Positions 13,060-25,013 of a stretch of DNA of 64,000 bases are shown here, in pieces. A model generated the notes under the pieces. That model did not search any database. It was not told the origin of the DNA and saw only the letters and a program-made list of their open reading frames with translations. Every line of letters starts with the position of its first letter. The first letter of the stretch is position 1. Source of the stretch: Chiloscyllium plagiosum (Eukaryota); NCBI RefSeq assembly GCF_004010195.1, contig NC_057714.1:21956044-22020043 (forward strand). Reading direction: 5' to 3'. The position numbers and the translations under genes are program-made.

Positions 13060-14547
13060 TATATCCTGGGATACAAAAAGAAGTAGCTACAGAGATATTG
13101 TATCCACTCATAGTAATCCTCCAGAAATTCTTATGTTCTGCAAAAGTCCCAGAGGATTGGAAAACTGCCAATATAACATTTTTATTTAGAAAGGAAAGGA
13201 TACAAAAACAAAACACAAGTAACGATAGGCCAGTTAGCTTCATATCTGTTAGTAAGAATACGTTGGAGACTTTTCTAAAGAATGTAATAGCGGAGCATTT
13301 AGAAATACATTTTATAATTAAGCAGAGTCAGCATGGCTTCATGAACGGGAAATCATGCCTAACAAATTGACAAAGTTTTTTTGAGGAGGTAACAAGCAGA
13401 ACAGATAAAAGGGAATTGGTAGTTGTAATACATTTGTATTTTCAGAAAGTGTTTGATAAGGTACCATACAGGCTACTTAGTATAACATAACAGCCCATAG
13501 TGTTGGAGGTAGCATAGAGGATTGACTGACTAATAGAAGACAGAGAGTTGGGATAAGGCAGAGGGGACAATTTTAGATGGTAACCTATAACTAGTGGAGT
13601 GCCACATGGATAAATGCTGGGTCACAAATTTTTACAATTTGTATTAATGACTTGAGTAAGGAAAGTGAATGTACTATAGCCAAGTTTGGGGATAACACAA
13701 ATTAGGTGGAAGGCAAGTGGTGAGGATGATACAAAGAGTCTGTAGATAGGTATAGACGAGTTAAATCAATGTGCGAAAACTTAACAGATAGACCATAATG
13801 TGGGAAAAATGTGAGGTTCTATACTTTGACAGGAAGAATGGAGGAGCTGAATGTTACTTAAATACAGAAAGCTACAGAACATAGGGACATTGTCATCCAT
13901 GAATCACAAGTGCAGTGGGTAATAGGGAAGGCAAGTCGAATGTAGTATTTATTTCAAAGGGAATGGAGTATAAAAGTAATGAGGTTTTACTAAAAGTATA
14001 TAAGACACCAGTCAGACCGTAACTAGAATACTGTGAATAGTTTTGGGTCCTGTATCTTTAAAAAGAAGTATACCAGTATTGGAGGCAGTTCAGAGAAGGT
14101 TCTCTAGGCTGATACCAGGTATGGGAAGGTTATCTTATGAGGAGACATTGAGTAGATTGGGCCTGTATTCATTGAACTATAGAACAATGTGAGATGACCT
14201 GATGGAAATGTACAAGCTTCTTAGAGGACTAGGTGTGGAAAGGTTGTTGCCCCTTATGTGAGGGCATTATCTCAGAGTGAGGAGTTGCCCAGTTAATCGG
14301 AGATGTCGGGGAATTTCATCTCTAAAACAGTAGTCAATCTGTTGATATCTTTACCACAGAGGATTGCTGGGTTTGGGTTGTTAAGTACATTTAATGCTGC
14401 AATAGATCTTTAATCAGTAAAGGAATTGAGGATCATTGGGAAATTCAAGAAAATAGAGTTGAGGATTATCAGATCAGCCATGATCTCATCAAATGCAGAA
14501 CAGACTCAATGGGCTGAATGGCTTATTTCTGTTCCTACATATTATGG
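13060..14547 (+). mobile_element. Old CR1 LINE, ORF2 RT region to tail
   Basis: VPEDWKTANITFLFRK...RPVSFIS...QSQHGFMNGKSCLTN, then frameshifted RT and 3' tail. Confidence 0.9.
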
Positions 14548-14871
14548 TTGGGCAGTTTTAGATCTGCTGATGGGACAACGCATACCAAAACATGGCAGTA
14601 GAAGATTCTGGAACATTGAATATAAGATATGCTTCTGTGAATATGATTATGTTAGGCTTTTGTTTGATTGGGTGTGTGGGGCACAATTCCTTGGTGTTAA
14701 TAAAGATGACTTTGCCAGGTCAACTGGGCTGTGCCTTTGTCATATGTAATAACAAGGTCAACGCGAGGTGGTTCATCCTGGTTTAATCTTATCCTGGTTT
14801 TCTGCAGTGGTCTGATATAACTCAGCAGTTATTTTGGCTATTCCAGAAGACAATTCATATTTAGTTGTAAG

Positions 14872-15283
14872 TTCATAAGTCACAGGAGCAGAATTAGACC
14901 ATTTGATCCATCGAGTCTGCTCCACCATTCGATCATGGCTAATATGCTCCTCATCCCCATTTTACTGCCTTCTCCCCATAACCCTTCAACCCATTACCAA
15001 TTAAAAATCTGTCTAACTCCTCCTTGAATCTACTCACTGTCCCAGCATCCATCGCATTTTGGGGTAGCAAATTCCACAGATTCACAACCCTTTGGGAGAA
15101 GTAGTTTCTCTTCAACTCTGTTTTACATTTGTTACCCCTTATCCTAAGACTATGACCTCTTCTCCTAGAGTGCCCAACAAGAAGAATCATCTGCTCCATG
15201 TCTATGTTATCCATACCTTTTATCATCTTGAATACTTGGATTTGATCTCCCTTCATTCTTTGAAATTCCAGTGACTATAGGCT
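14872..15283 (-). mobile_element. CR1 LINE 3' end
   Basis: ORF 14951-15256 GDQIQVFKMIKGMD...YFSQRVVNLWNLLP. Confidence 0.9.
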
Positions 15284-16465
15284 CATGTTCCCAATCAGTT
15301 TCATTACCATTTATGAAGAAGTTTGCAGATTAGAAGCTATTTCCAATTCCAATTCAGAAATCCCCCAGCACAGAAAGACAGCTTCTCTCTCTTTTAGACT
15401 CTTTTTACACTCTAAAGTGAGATACCTGATGTTCCAAGGATAGTTTCAATACACTTCTATTAACAGGGTTATGTTTAAAGTCCGGAGTCCTCTCCTTTCT
15501 CATAACACCAGGAGGTCTGTGCTGAGAGGCCACAAATGAGGTTAAGCATCCCATGTTTGCCTGACATTGGGATTTGGAGGCAAGTGAATTATTAGTGAAG
15601 CAGTGAAGTTTGTTGAAAGACGTTGGTCTTGATACTAACCATACCTATCTGTCCAAGATGGATGGGTTTGGGTCTGCTGACAATAATGGTTGCAACACCA
15701 ACGTAATGTCCATGGACTTGACACTTTGTTTTACAGATAAGTCTGATGTGCTTGTGATTTTCTATCTGTTAGTCCATCTAACATATACTGCAGAGATTTG
15801 ATTTTGTATTGAGTCAGATATCTGGAAGCTTATTAACAGATAATATGTACACAAACATGATATCTTAAGCTTACGTATGCTTACTCATACTTGAGTACAT
15901 TACACACATAATTGACTGGCAGGCTGCTTGCTTAATGGTCTAATGATTGAATGAACAGTGATTGGAAGAAGAGTTCTGATAATAGAATGTTACATGTCAC
16001 AATGTAATTTCGCTTTCTAAAGTGGTTGTACTTTTCTGAAATCTGTGCGATTTATACAACAGAATGGGAGGGGCACCTTGTTAGCATATTTGAATTGTTA
16101 TGTAGTTGAGCATATGATTTAAAATTCACTGGGGTTTCCAAGGGTACAAGAAACATGAACATGAAACAGAGTTGAAAGCTATTGATCCATGAGGTCAAAG
16201 TCTGATTCAACTCTCCTTGTGGACCAGTTGTTCCTCAGGCCCTTCAAGCAGGCCTCACATCCTTGGCCATTCTAATATGGTCAGGGACTATCAACAAGCA
16301 TCAACTCCAACTCATGGCAGACCCTCCTTCCCATCAACTAGCTATCCACTTGGCCGGCTGGTGGGGTTATGGAGCCAAGAAATGTTAATGACCTCCTGTT
16401 AAGTTCAGCAGGTCCTCCACTTTGTGAGCTTTCCCATTCCTTGGTTATTGTTTTGCCTTCACATA

Positions 16466-16684
16466 CAGGTAGTTCTTCAATAATGCGATGATTGCGTCCT
16501 TGTGCCACCCCAATTTATGGAAAGATTGCACTTCAGAAACAATGCTGGAAGTATTGGTGATATAATCATTTTACAGCCAATACACGTTTTAAAAGTTTGC
16601 GCTTTAGAAACAGTGTCTCCAATTCATCAATCGTACTATAGCAAATTTACATTAATGAAATGTATATTATAGCTGAACGACTTA
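16466..16684. mobile_element. Tc1/mariner (Tigger-like) MITE
   Basis: TA|caggtagttcttcaataatgcg ... tatattatagctgaacgactta|TA: imperfect TIRs with TA flanks. Confidence 0.65.
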
Positions 16685-16899
16685 TATATCCTTCCTGATT
16701 CCCTGTAAATACGAGGGTCTCCCTACAGATGTTGAAACCAAAATTTAGTGCTCTGTCAATTGATAGGGAATCTCCAGGTCTGACTGATACCCTATCAACA
16801 ATAGCAAGAGAGCTTGCCACATGAATTCCTAAGCTGAGGTGAGAGTAACAGCTCTTATATCAAAGAGCCCTAGCAAAACTAGAGTCAGTGGGAATCAAG

Positions 16900-17555
16900 G
16901 AGCAAATTCTCTGCTAGTTGGAGTCTTACCTGACGCATAGCAAGATACTTGTGATTGTTGAAAGTCAGTCATCTCAGCTCCAAGACATCTCTGCAGGAGT
17001 TCCTCACCATGGTGTCCTAGGCCCAACCATCTTCAGCTGATTCATTAGTGACCTTCCATCCATCAGAAGGTTGAAAGTGGGAATGCTCACTGATGATTGC
17101 ACAATGTTCAGCATCGTTCACGACACCTCAGATACTGAGACAGTCCATTTTCAAATACAATATCTAGGCTTACGCTGACAAGTGTCCAGTAACATTTGCA
17201 TCACACAAATGTCAGTCAATTTGTATGATTTCTGATGAAGGGCTTATGCCCAAAACATTGATTCTCGTGCTCCTTGGATGTTGCCTGACCTGTTGTGCTT
17301 TTCCAGCAACACACTTTCGACACAAATGTCAAGCAATGACCATCAGATGATCTAATCACAACCCTTGGTGTTCCATGGTGTCACCATTACTGAATCCACT
17401 TCTATCAATATCCTGGGGCTAACCATTGACCAGAAACTCAACTGGACCTACCACATAACCACAGTGGCTACAAGAGCAGGTCAGAGGAATACTCCAGCAA
17501 GTAACTCACCTCCTGACTCCCCAAAGCATGTCAACCATATTCAAGGCACAAGTCA
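16900..17555 (+). mobile_element. CR1/L2-clade LINE RT fragment (second family)
   Basis: Degraded GVP.GVLGPTIFS.FISDLPSIIRRLKVGMLTDDCTMFS...VTFASHKCQAMTI...INILGLTIDQKLNWT. Confidence 0.8.
17215..17319 (+). mobile_element. 105 bp pLTR/hammerhead insertion (family 1) with 12 bp TSD
   Basis: acacaaatgtca at 17203-17214 and 17320-17331. The insert contains CTGATGAagggcttatgcccAAAAC. Confidence 0.85.
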
Positions 17556-18639
17556 CATCTTTTTCCCCGTCCCCGACCCCAACTAGGGTTGAGAAAAATG
17601 GAGGATCGTCCCTCAAACCAGCAGGCAGGTTGCCCTAGTTCCCCAGTCATGAAACTAGCCTGTTTTTCTGTGGTTAATTAACATTGACTTAAGAGTCTTA
17701 ATTACTAGGGTATCAAGAAGGTATCCCTCTCACCCCACACCTCATTGCGAAAGTGACAAGAAAGGGTTGAGTAACTCTCTGGGGTCAACTTGCCAATTAT
17801 TTGTCCTTATCACCACCTTTCTCATCACCTCCAAGGAGGAAATAATCATGTTCTGATTGTATGCTGCATTTTTGGCTTTTAATTCAGATTTCCTGAATTT
17901 CATTATTTTGCTTTTGCTTTGAAACCATACTTGGACCTTTCTGGAGGGAACATAGCAATGTGATTGAAATATTCTGCTAATGATCTAGCAGCATTTTTAT
18001 AAAAGAGATAACCCTCATTAAAAAAGGACAGCTACAAAATATTAAAATAGTTACTGTGATCCAACATTTAGCTTCCTCGTGTCTACGTGGAAGTGCTAAA
18101 TGAGATCATAGAACAGTACATTCATTTCCCACTGATCTCAGTGGTGCCAATGTTATTACAGAGCCAGGAACCTAGGCAACAGTTTTCATACGGAGAACAT
18201 TGGAAAAAATGTGGAACAGATTAATTGCTTTTTCTCTTGGGAATTCTGAACTTTGTTAAGTCACGATGGGAAAATGCTATGCTTCAAATTCAAGTGAGAA
18301 TTGAGAATAAACTTGATGCTATTGAGAGCAAAGAAGTTGAATGAAACAAAAATACAATGCACAGACCAAGAGAATTTGTGCACAACTTTTCTTGCGATTA
18401 GAGGGAGCACAATTTTCAATCCCTGTTCCTTGAAAAACAAGGCTTGAGGTGCCATGATATTGGGGCTCGCGTACATGGAACTGGTGAGCTGCAAACAAAT
18501 ATATTTTGAAGATTACACTGTTGTTGATATCACAGCAATGTCCACATAAGTGAAAAAAAGTGATTGATCTGGTCTATCCAATGTTGGATGGTCAGACACA
18601 AGGGTAGATTTTGAAGAATAGTTCTCAGGCTGCAATTGG

Positions 18640-19028
18640 TCATTCGACCTCAAGTTGGAGTTTGGTGATCAGGCTTCAGGCTGTGTATCTGTAATTGGGC
18701 CTCAGGCTGAGATTGGGAGCTTGGGCCTTTGGCTGTGATTGGGAGAATGGGTCTCAAAATGGGATTGGGAGAATGGGTCTCAAGGTTGGATTGGGAGCTT
18801 GGGCCTCAGACTGGGATTGGGAGATTGGGTCTCAAAATGGGATTGGGAGAATGGGTCTCAAGATGGGATTGGGAGTTTGGGCCCAGGCTGGGATTGGGAG
18901 ATTGGATCTCAAAATAGGATTGGGAGAATGGGTCTCAAGATGGGATTGGGAGTTTGGACCTCAGGCTGGGATTGGTAGCTTGGACCTCAGGATGGGATTG
19001 GGAGTTTAGGCCTCAGGCTGGGATTTGA
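18640..19028. repeat. G-rich minisatellite, ~26 bp unit, about 14-15 copies
   Basis: Unit gggattgggagaatgggtctcaagat and variants, e.g. gggattgggagtttggacctcaggct. Confidence 0.92.
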
Positions 19029-19649
19029 TTGTCGACAATATGGGTGAGGTTAGAATTTTCCTTCTGCTCCTCCTGGCTCCACATTCAGGTCGGGGTTCAG
19101 AGTTTTGTCATTGATTAATGTCGTTTTGTGCTGTCTGAGTTTAGTGAATAGTGAGTGCAGTGCAGGGATATTTAAAATTAAAAGATGCACAGAATTCTAC
19201 ATTTCTGGCTTATAAACATGACCGAAGGCTTCTCATACTGTCAATGTATGTGCTTTGTCCTGAAGGGCAGATGATACATGAGTAGGCAGAAAGGAGCACA
19301 TGTCTCCTCCCACTGTTCTGGGAGCTGAACAGATCTGTTCCCACCTGAAAAATAAATCCTGTTTGGTTTCAGTTAAGACATGAGTTCAGGGGTAGATATG
19401 TATTTTGTTTTATGAATTTCATCCAATCCAGAATGTATTTGTCTCTGCATTCACTTTATAGCGTTGCTGAAGGGGGTGAATCAGTTGGAGTTGTTCTTTG
19501 GGAGAGAGAAAGAGGAGAGTTAGATTCAGGGATTGTGAGGGACAGAGGTATAGTGAGACAGTTAAAATTGCTGTGCTTGTGTTTTGCTGTGTACTTGACC
19601 CCAGTGACTTCTCTCGTGCCAACTTCAATAATGTTGTCAAGGCATAATA

Positions 19650-19822
19650 AAAATAAAACAAGGAACTGTGGATGCTGCAGGTGTGAAACAAACAAAAAAC
19701 AGAAATTGCTCGGAGAAACTCAACCAGTCTGACAGGAACTGTGAAAAGAAAAACAGAGTTAACATTTTGAGTGAGACTTCTTTAGAACATTTTGAATTTC
19801 CCCAGCAACTTATTTCTTGTTT
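19650..19822. mobile_element. Decayed pLTR-derived element (family 2)
   Basis: aaaacaaggaactgtggatgctg...gaaattgctcggagaaactcaaccagtctgacag...agagttaacattttg, with a short inverted remnant. Confidence 0.55.
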
Positions 19823-20189
19823 ATAACCTCCTTGCAGTAAGCCATTTCCGTATATAAATTAAAAATTGCTTCTACTTGTTAAATTAAGCCATCCATGAAG
19901 TCCTTTGGTGATTCCACTCATCATTATTTCTTTAAATTAACAAGAAGAAGAGAATTAATTACATTTAAATAGCATCTTTCACATTCTGTGGGCATCTCAA
20001 AATATTGTACTCTTACTGTTAGCAAACATGATCTTTTGACTGCATTAGAATGACAGATAAATTAATTGAAAATTGCAGTCTACTCTCAAATATAGAATTC
20101 CCATATAAACTCCAGCGTTATGATCATGTAACGAGAAGCTAATTGGGTTCATGGCCTGAAAATCTGTGAACCACTGATATGAGCAACTA

Positions 20190-20740
20190 TGCCTGAAAAG
20201 GATTGCCTTCCTCCAGGACCAGCAGAGGAGACCATGGCACCAGACCATGCCAGCCTGCTCTGAGGTTGCCAATTGGGTCAGTGCAGTCTCCGCCATCTAA
20301 AGGACTGCACCACACTACAGGTGAAGAAGGTCAGTGACCTCCTTCACTTCACCACCATAAGGTGCCAGCATCTTCTGTCAGTTCCCTCAAGCTCACTCTT
20401 TCTGTGCTATTGTACCCATCTCCCACACGTGCCTCACCACCATCCCTGTTGTCTGTATATCTCATCTCCCCTGCTCTCACCTACTATTAACACTGACACT
20501 ATTAACCCTGCAAGCCCTCTGTACTGTTTACTCACTGGCTTGGGACACTAGTCCAATAACAAAATGTAACAGAGTTGCCACCTACTTTCACCTCTCTTAA
20601 GACCTGCCTTTCTCTCATTCCAGGAGGAAAGCAGTCCACAAAAGGGTAGAAACAGTAGAATGGGGGTGGACTGCCTAACATTCAGTTCCTCACCCTTTAT
20701 GTGGACAGTATCCTGACTCTGGCCAGTCTTAGTGGCTGAC
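20190..20740 (+). pseudogene. Decayed Myb/SANT-like gene of a PIF/Harbinger transposon (two exon-like pieces)
   Basis: Frame-broken translation FLQDQQRRPWHQTMPACSEVANWVSAVSAI.RT...KKVSDLLHF, then after ttctctcattccag a piece ...GGGLPNIQFLTLYVDSILTLA. Both resemble Harbinger Myb-like proteins (W.EVA..V.A...RT..QC.KK.NDL; TGGG), from recall. Confidence 0.5.
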
Positions 20741-20930
20741 TGACCATGTCCAAGTCCCTGGACCGGTATTGGAGGCTACCCTTGACTTATTGTACCAGGA
20801 CCCCCTGAGTGAAAGCTGACAGCTGTGACAGTACAGCAGTAAGGTAAACCTGGTATGGCAGTGGGAAGAAAGAGGGCCAAAAGACAAGGCAAGGTGAGGC
20901 AGGCATGCTGTGAGCATCCAGGGAGGTGAT

Positions 20931-21243
20931 GACATGGCAGTATTATCGCTGCACTGTTAATCCAGGTACAAATTCAGGCATGGGCTTGGTGGAACTTGAA
21001 TTCAATAAAAATATGGAATCAAAAGTCTAATACTCTCCATGATCCATCGCCAATTGTTGGGAAAGCCCATCCGTTCACTAATGTCCTTTTAGGGAAGAAA
21101 ACTGCCATCCTTACCTTGTCTGGCTTAGATGTGACTTCAGACTCACAGCAATGTCGTTGACTTGTAACTGTCTCTGGGCAATTAGGGATGGGAAATAAAT
21201 ACTGGCCTCGCCAGTGACACCCTCATCCCATGAATAAAAAAAA
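20931..21243 (+). mobile_element. Shark SINE of a second family sharing its 3' tail with the LINE at 62935-63866
   Basis: gttcactaatgtccttttagggaag..aactgccatccttacc body. Tail ctggcctcgccagtgacaccctcatcccatgaataaaaaaaa. Confidence 0.7.
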
Positions 21244-21789
21244 TCTAGGTAGGTTCAGTGTTAGTGAGTGCTATGACAGCAAGTGGACAAGCCAAGATGC
21301 AGCATGGTCCAGTCTATAAGCTGGGTGTGAATTCCTGTGCATTACAGTCATCGTTGCCAGTGCGGCACTGCACTGCAGAAACATCCTCTAAGTGGATAAG
21401 AGATGTGCCATGAGGGTCTTTAGACCCTCCATAGAGACTGGCATTTATTAGATGCCAATTTCTGTAGGAGTGTCCATGGAGTGTTCCCTGAGATGTTGAT
21501 GCCTAATATCCTAGTATGGAACAAGTGGCAAGCGGAAGTGGTCAGGTACCTACTCTGACTTCTATGTCGAGAATTTTCAATGTTAAGCTTGTTCAACACA
21601 TTTGGTAAATAGGAAGCTTAATATTAATGAGATGTATTGTGGCGTTAATTGTCATCGGCAATATCTCATTAATGAGTGTAATTGTCCACCTCAGAAATTC
21701 TGTGTCACTGGTCACAGATTCTGTATGGCTGATCAACCTGATCCTAGAGCCATATTTCAGGCCACACATTGGGTAGGTGTGTCCAGGGG

Positions 21790-22488
21790 GCAGAATTGTT
21801 TTTTGGCCTTGGCATCACTGACATTCCTTTTCCATACTTCCTCTTGCCGAAAGGCATTTTTGAAGAATTATGTCCCTTCGTACAGGAGGTTCCTCCAAGT
21901 CAGCTTCTTCTGAATGAGAGTCTCTCATGCTTTGACATTTTTGTTGTATTTCTTGAGGGAAACTTTCAGAGAATCATTGAAATGTTTCCTTTGTCCTCCT
22001 CTTGTTCGAATGTTTCTCTTGAGCTGTGTGAATTAACTTTGCTAGTCAGAAGTCAGATACCTTAAACACATGGTCAGGACAGTGGTGTTAGTTTTGAATG
22101 GTCATGGCCTTGATGCTGGTGCTTGAAGGACATTGATGTCAGTACACCTGTCCTCCCAGCTGATGTGGAGAATCTGTCTCAAACAGCATTGACAGCACTT
22201 CATCAGAGCCTCGAGATGGCATCTGTACATAGTCCAAGTTTCAGAGCCACATGAAGTGTTGGAAGAGTTAGTAAAGTGTTTAACAAGCTACAAATCCCCC
22301 ATAACTGGTAGCACACCACTGTCTACCGAGAGACTTACCTTGTCACTTGGGAACTGCATGAAAGATGCAGCAGGTTCCTTCTGACATTGAGATGGGCCTT
22401 GCTGGATGTCTCACATGATTCTGTTACAAATCTCACATTGCCCATGTCATTTCGGTCCATAAAGGATTCGATGCTACATTTTGGCTGA
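21790..22488 (-). mobile_element. RTE-clade (BovB-like) LINE fragment
   Basis: Minus translation GSETWTMYRCHLEALMKCCQCCLRQILHISWEDRCTDINVL matches the RTE ORF C-terminal motif YGSETWT...LR.IL.I.W.D. Confidence 0.75.
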
Positions 22489-22490
22489 GT

Positions 22491-23607
22491 TATAGAATCA
22501 TTGAGGCATACAGCATGGGAACAGACCCTTTGGTCCAACCAGTCCATGATGACCATATTCCCAAACTAAACTAGTGTCACTAGGCCCATGTCCCTTCAAA
22601 CCTTCCCCAATCACAAACTTATCCAAATGTCTTTTAAACATTGTAACTGTATCTGCATCCACCGCTTCCTCTGGCAGTTCATTCCACACACAAATCCCTC
22701 TCAGTGTAAAAAAAAGTTGTCACTCATTTCCTTTTTAAATCTTTCTCCTCTCATCTTAAACATATGCCCCCTTGATTTGAACTCCCTCACCCTAGGGAAA
22801 AGATCTTTGTCATTCACCTTATTTATGCCCCTCATGATCTTATGAACCTCAATAAATCTCAACCTCCTACAACCAAGTAAAAGACGTCCCAGTTTTTCCA
22901 GTCTATTTTTGTATCTGAAATCCCTCATTCCTGGCAATATCCTGGCTAATCTTTTCTGGACCGTCTTCAATTTAATAATATCCTTCGTATGTCAGGGTGA
23001 CAAGAACTGAACACACTAGTCCAGATGAGGCCTCACCAACATGCTTTACAACCTGAACATGATGTCCCATCTTTTATACACAAAACTCTGAGCAATGAAG
23101 GCAAGTGTGCTATACACCTTCGTATCCACTCTGTCTACCTGTGACACAAATTTCAAAGAATTATGGACCTAACTTCTTGGTCTCTATGCTCTACAACACT
23201 ACCCAGTGCCCTACCATTAATTGTTTAAATGTAGTCCTTGTTTGTATTATCAAAATACAATAGCTCTCATTTATCTAACTTAAACTCCTCAATCCATTGA
23301 CCCAATTGGTCAAGATCACTTTGTAATTTTAGATAACCTTCTTCACCATCCACTACACCACCAATTTTGGTGTCAGCTGCAAACTTACTAATATTGCCTC
23401 CTATATTCTCATCCAAATCATTTGTATAAATGACAAAGAAAAGTTGACCTAGCACCAATTCTTGTGGCACACTACTGGTCACAAGCCTCCAGTCTGAAAA
23501 ACTACCCTCCACTACCATTAAGCCAATTTTGCATCCCATTGGCAAGTTCAGGCTGAATCCTATATTATCTAACTTTACTAATTAGCCTACCATGCAGAAC
23601 CTTGTCA
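22491..23607 (-). mobile_element. CR1 LINE 3' 1.1 kb
   Basis: ORFs with SVPQELVLGQLFFVIYTNDLDENIGGNISKFAADTK and WNELPEEAVDA. Tail present. Confidence 0.92.
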
Positions 23608-24015
23608 GGTTCGTCCTCTCCAATGGGCAAAGCTGCTGCAAGGAAGGTTAAAACTTGACAGTGTCAGTTCCAGGATGAATTTCCAGTCAATTCAGAGTAT
23701 ATCCACTGAAGTTAAAGTGAGAGTGTGCTTACTGTTAGGGAGGCTTTGAGCCTGTGTGTTGTTTTGAAGCAAAACAAAATGATACTTGAGAGAAATTTGA
23801 TACATGTTTGGCCCCTTTGTTTGCATTCCTACTTTTTTTGTGCCTGTAGACCAAATAAAATCTTGTTTGGAAGAAAATAAATGCAAACCAAGAATAACAT
23901 TAACATTTTAAGTGGTGAGAAACTAATATCCCAAAGATGCACAGCCATTCCAGTGGTAATTTTACAGAGACAAGCGATTTGAGTGCTGCCATTTGGGAGC
24001 TTCATACTCTCACCT

Positions 24016-24050
<35 letters not shown>

Positions 24051-24056
24051 CGTCTC
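24016..24056. repeat. (CT)n microsatellite
   Basis: tctctctctctctctctctcttctctctctctctc. Confidence 0.95.
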
Positions 24057-25013
24057 TTGCCTTCACATTTGCCTATATCTTCAACAGCATTTAATGACCA
24101 CCTTCCATTGAAATGAATCATCAATCACAAATAGGTCAGATTTCGGTTTATATTATCTGCATGTTTCTGCAATTTTACACATTTTGGGACTGGATTTTCC
24201 TGGTGGAGGCATAGTTTGAAAAGCTGGCTTGTTTTCACTTTCTAAGACCATAAGAAACCGGGATAGGATTAGGCCATTCAGCTCCTCCAGCCAGCTCCAC
24301 CATTCAACAGAACCATGCCTGATCTGATACTGCTCACATCCACTTTCCTGCCCTTTCCCCATAACCCTTGAATTCTCAACTAATCAAGAATCTATCTGTC
24401 TCAGCCTTAAATCTACACAAGGACTCTGCCCCCACAGAGTGGCAAGGAATTCCAATGACACACAACCCTCTGACAGAAGAAATTCCTCCTCATCTCCGTC
24501 TTAAATTAGCACCTCTCAATTCTGAGATTATGCCCTCAGGTCTTAGACTCTCCCATAAGGGAAAACATCCTGTTAGCATTTGTTCTATCAAGCCCATTAT
24601 AAATCCTGTAGGTTTCAATCAGACCACCTGTTATTCTTCTAAACTCCAGCGAGTGGAGTCCCAACCTGTTTAGCCTTTGCCCATAAGACAATCCCTCCAT
24701 TCCAGGGATTATCCTAGTGAACCTTCTCTGAACTACAGTTGTGAAAAGATATCCTTCCTTAAAAATGGGGACCAAAACTGCTCATAGTACTCGAGATGTG
24801 GTCTCAGCAGCACCTTATCTAGCTGCAGTGAGACTTCTCTACTGTTATACTCTAACCTCCTTGAAATAAGGGCCAACATTCCATTAGCCTTCCTGATTAC
24901 CTGCTGCATCTGTGTGCTAGCTTTCTGTGTTTCATTCATAAACTCTAAGTCCCTTTAAGTGTTGCAGTTTACTGCAGTTTTTCTCCATTTAAAAAATATC
25001 CTGTTCTTTGGTT

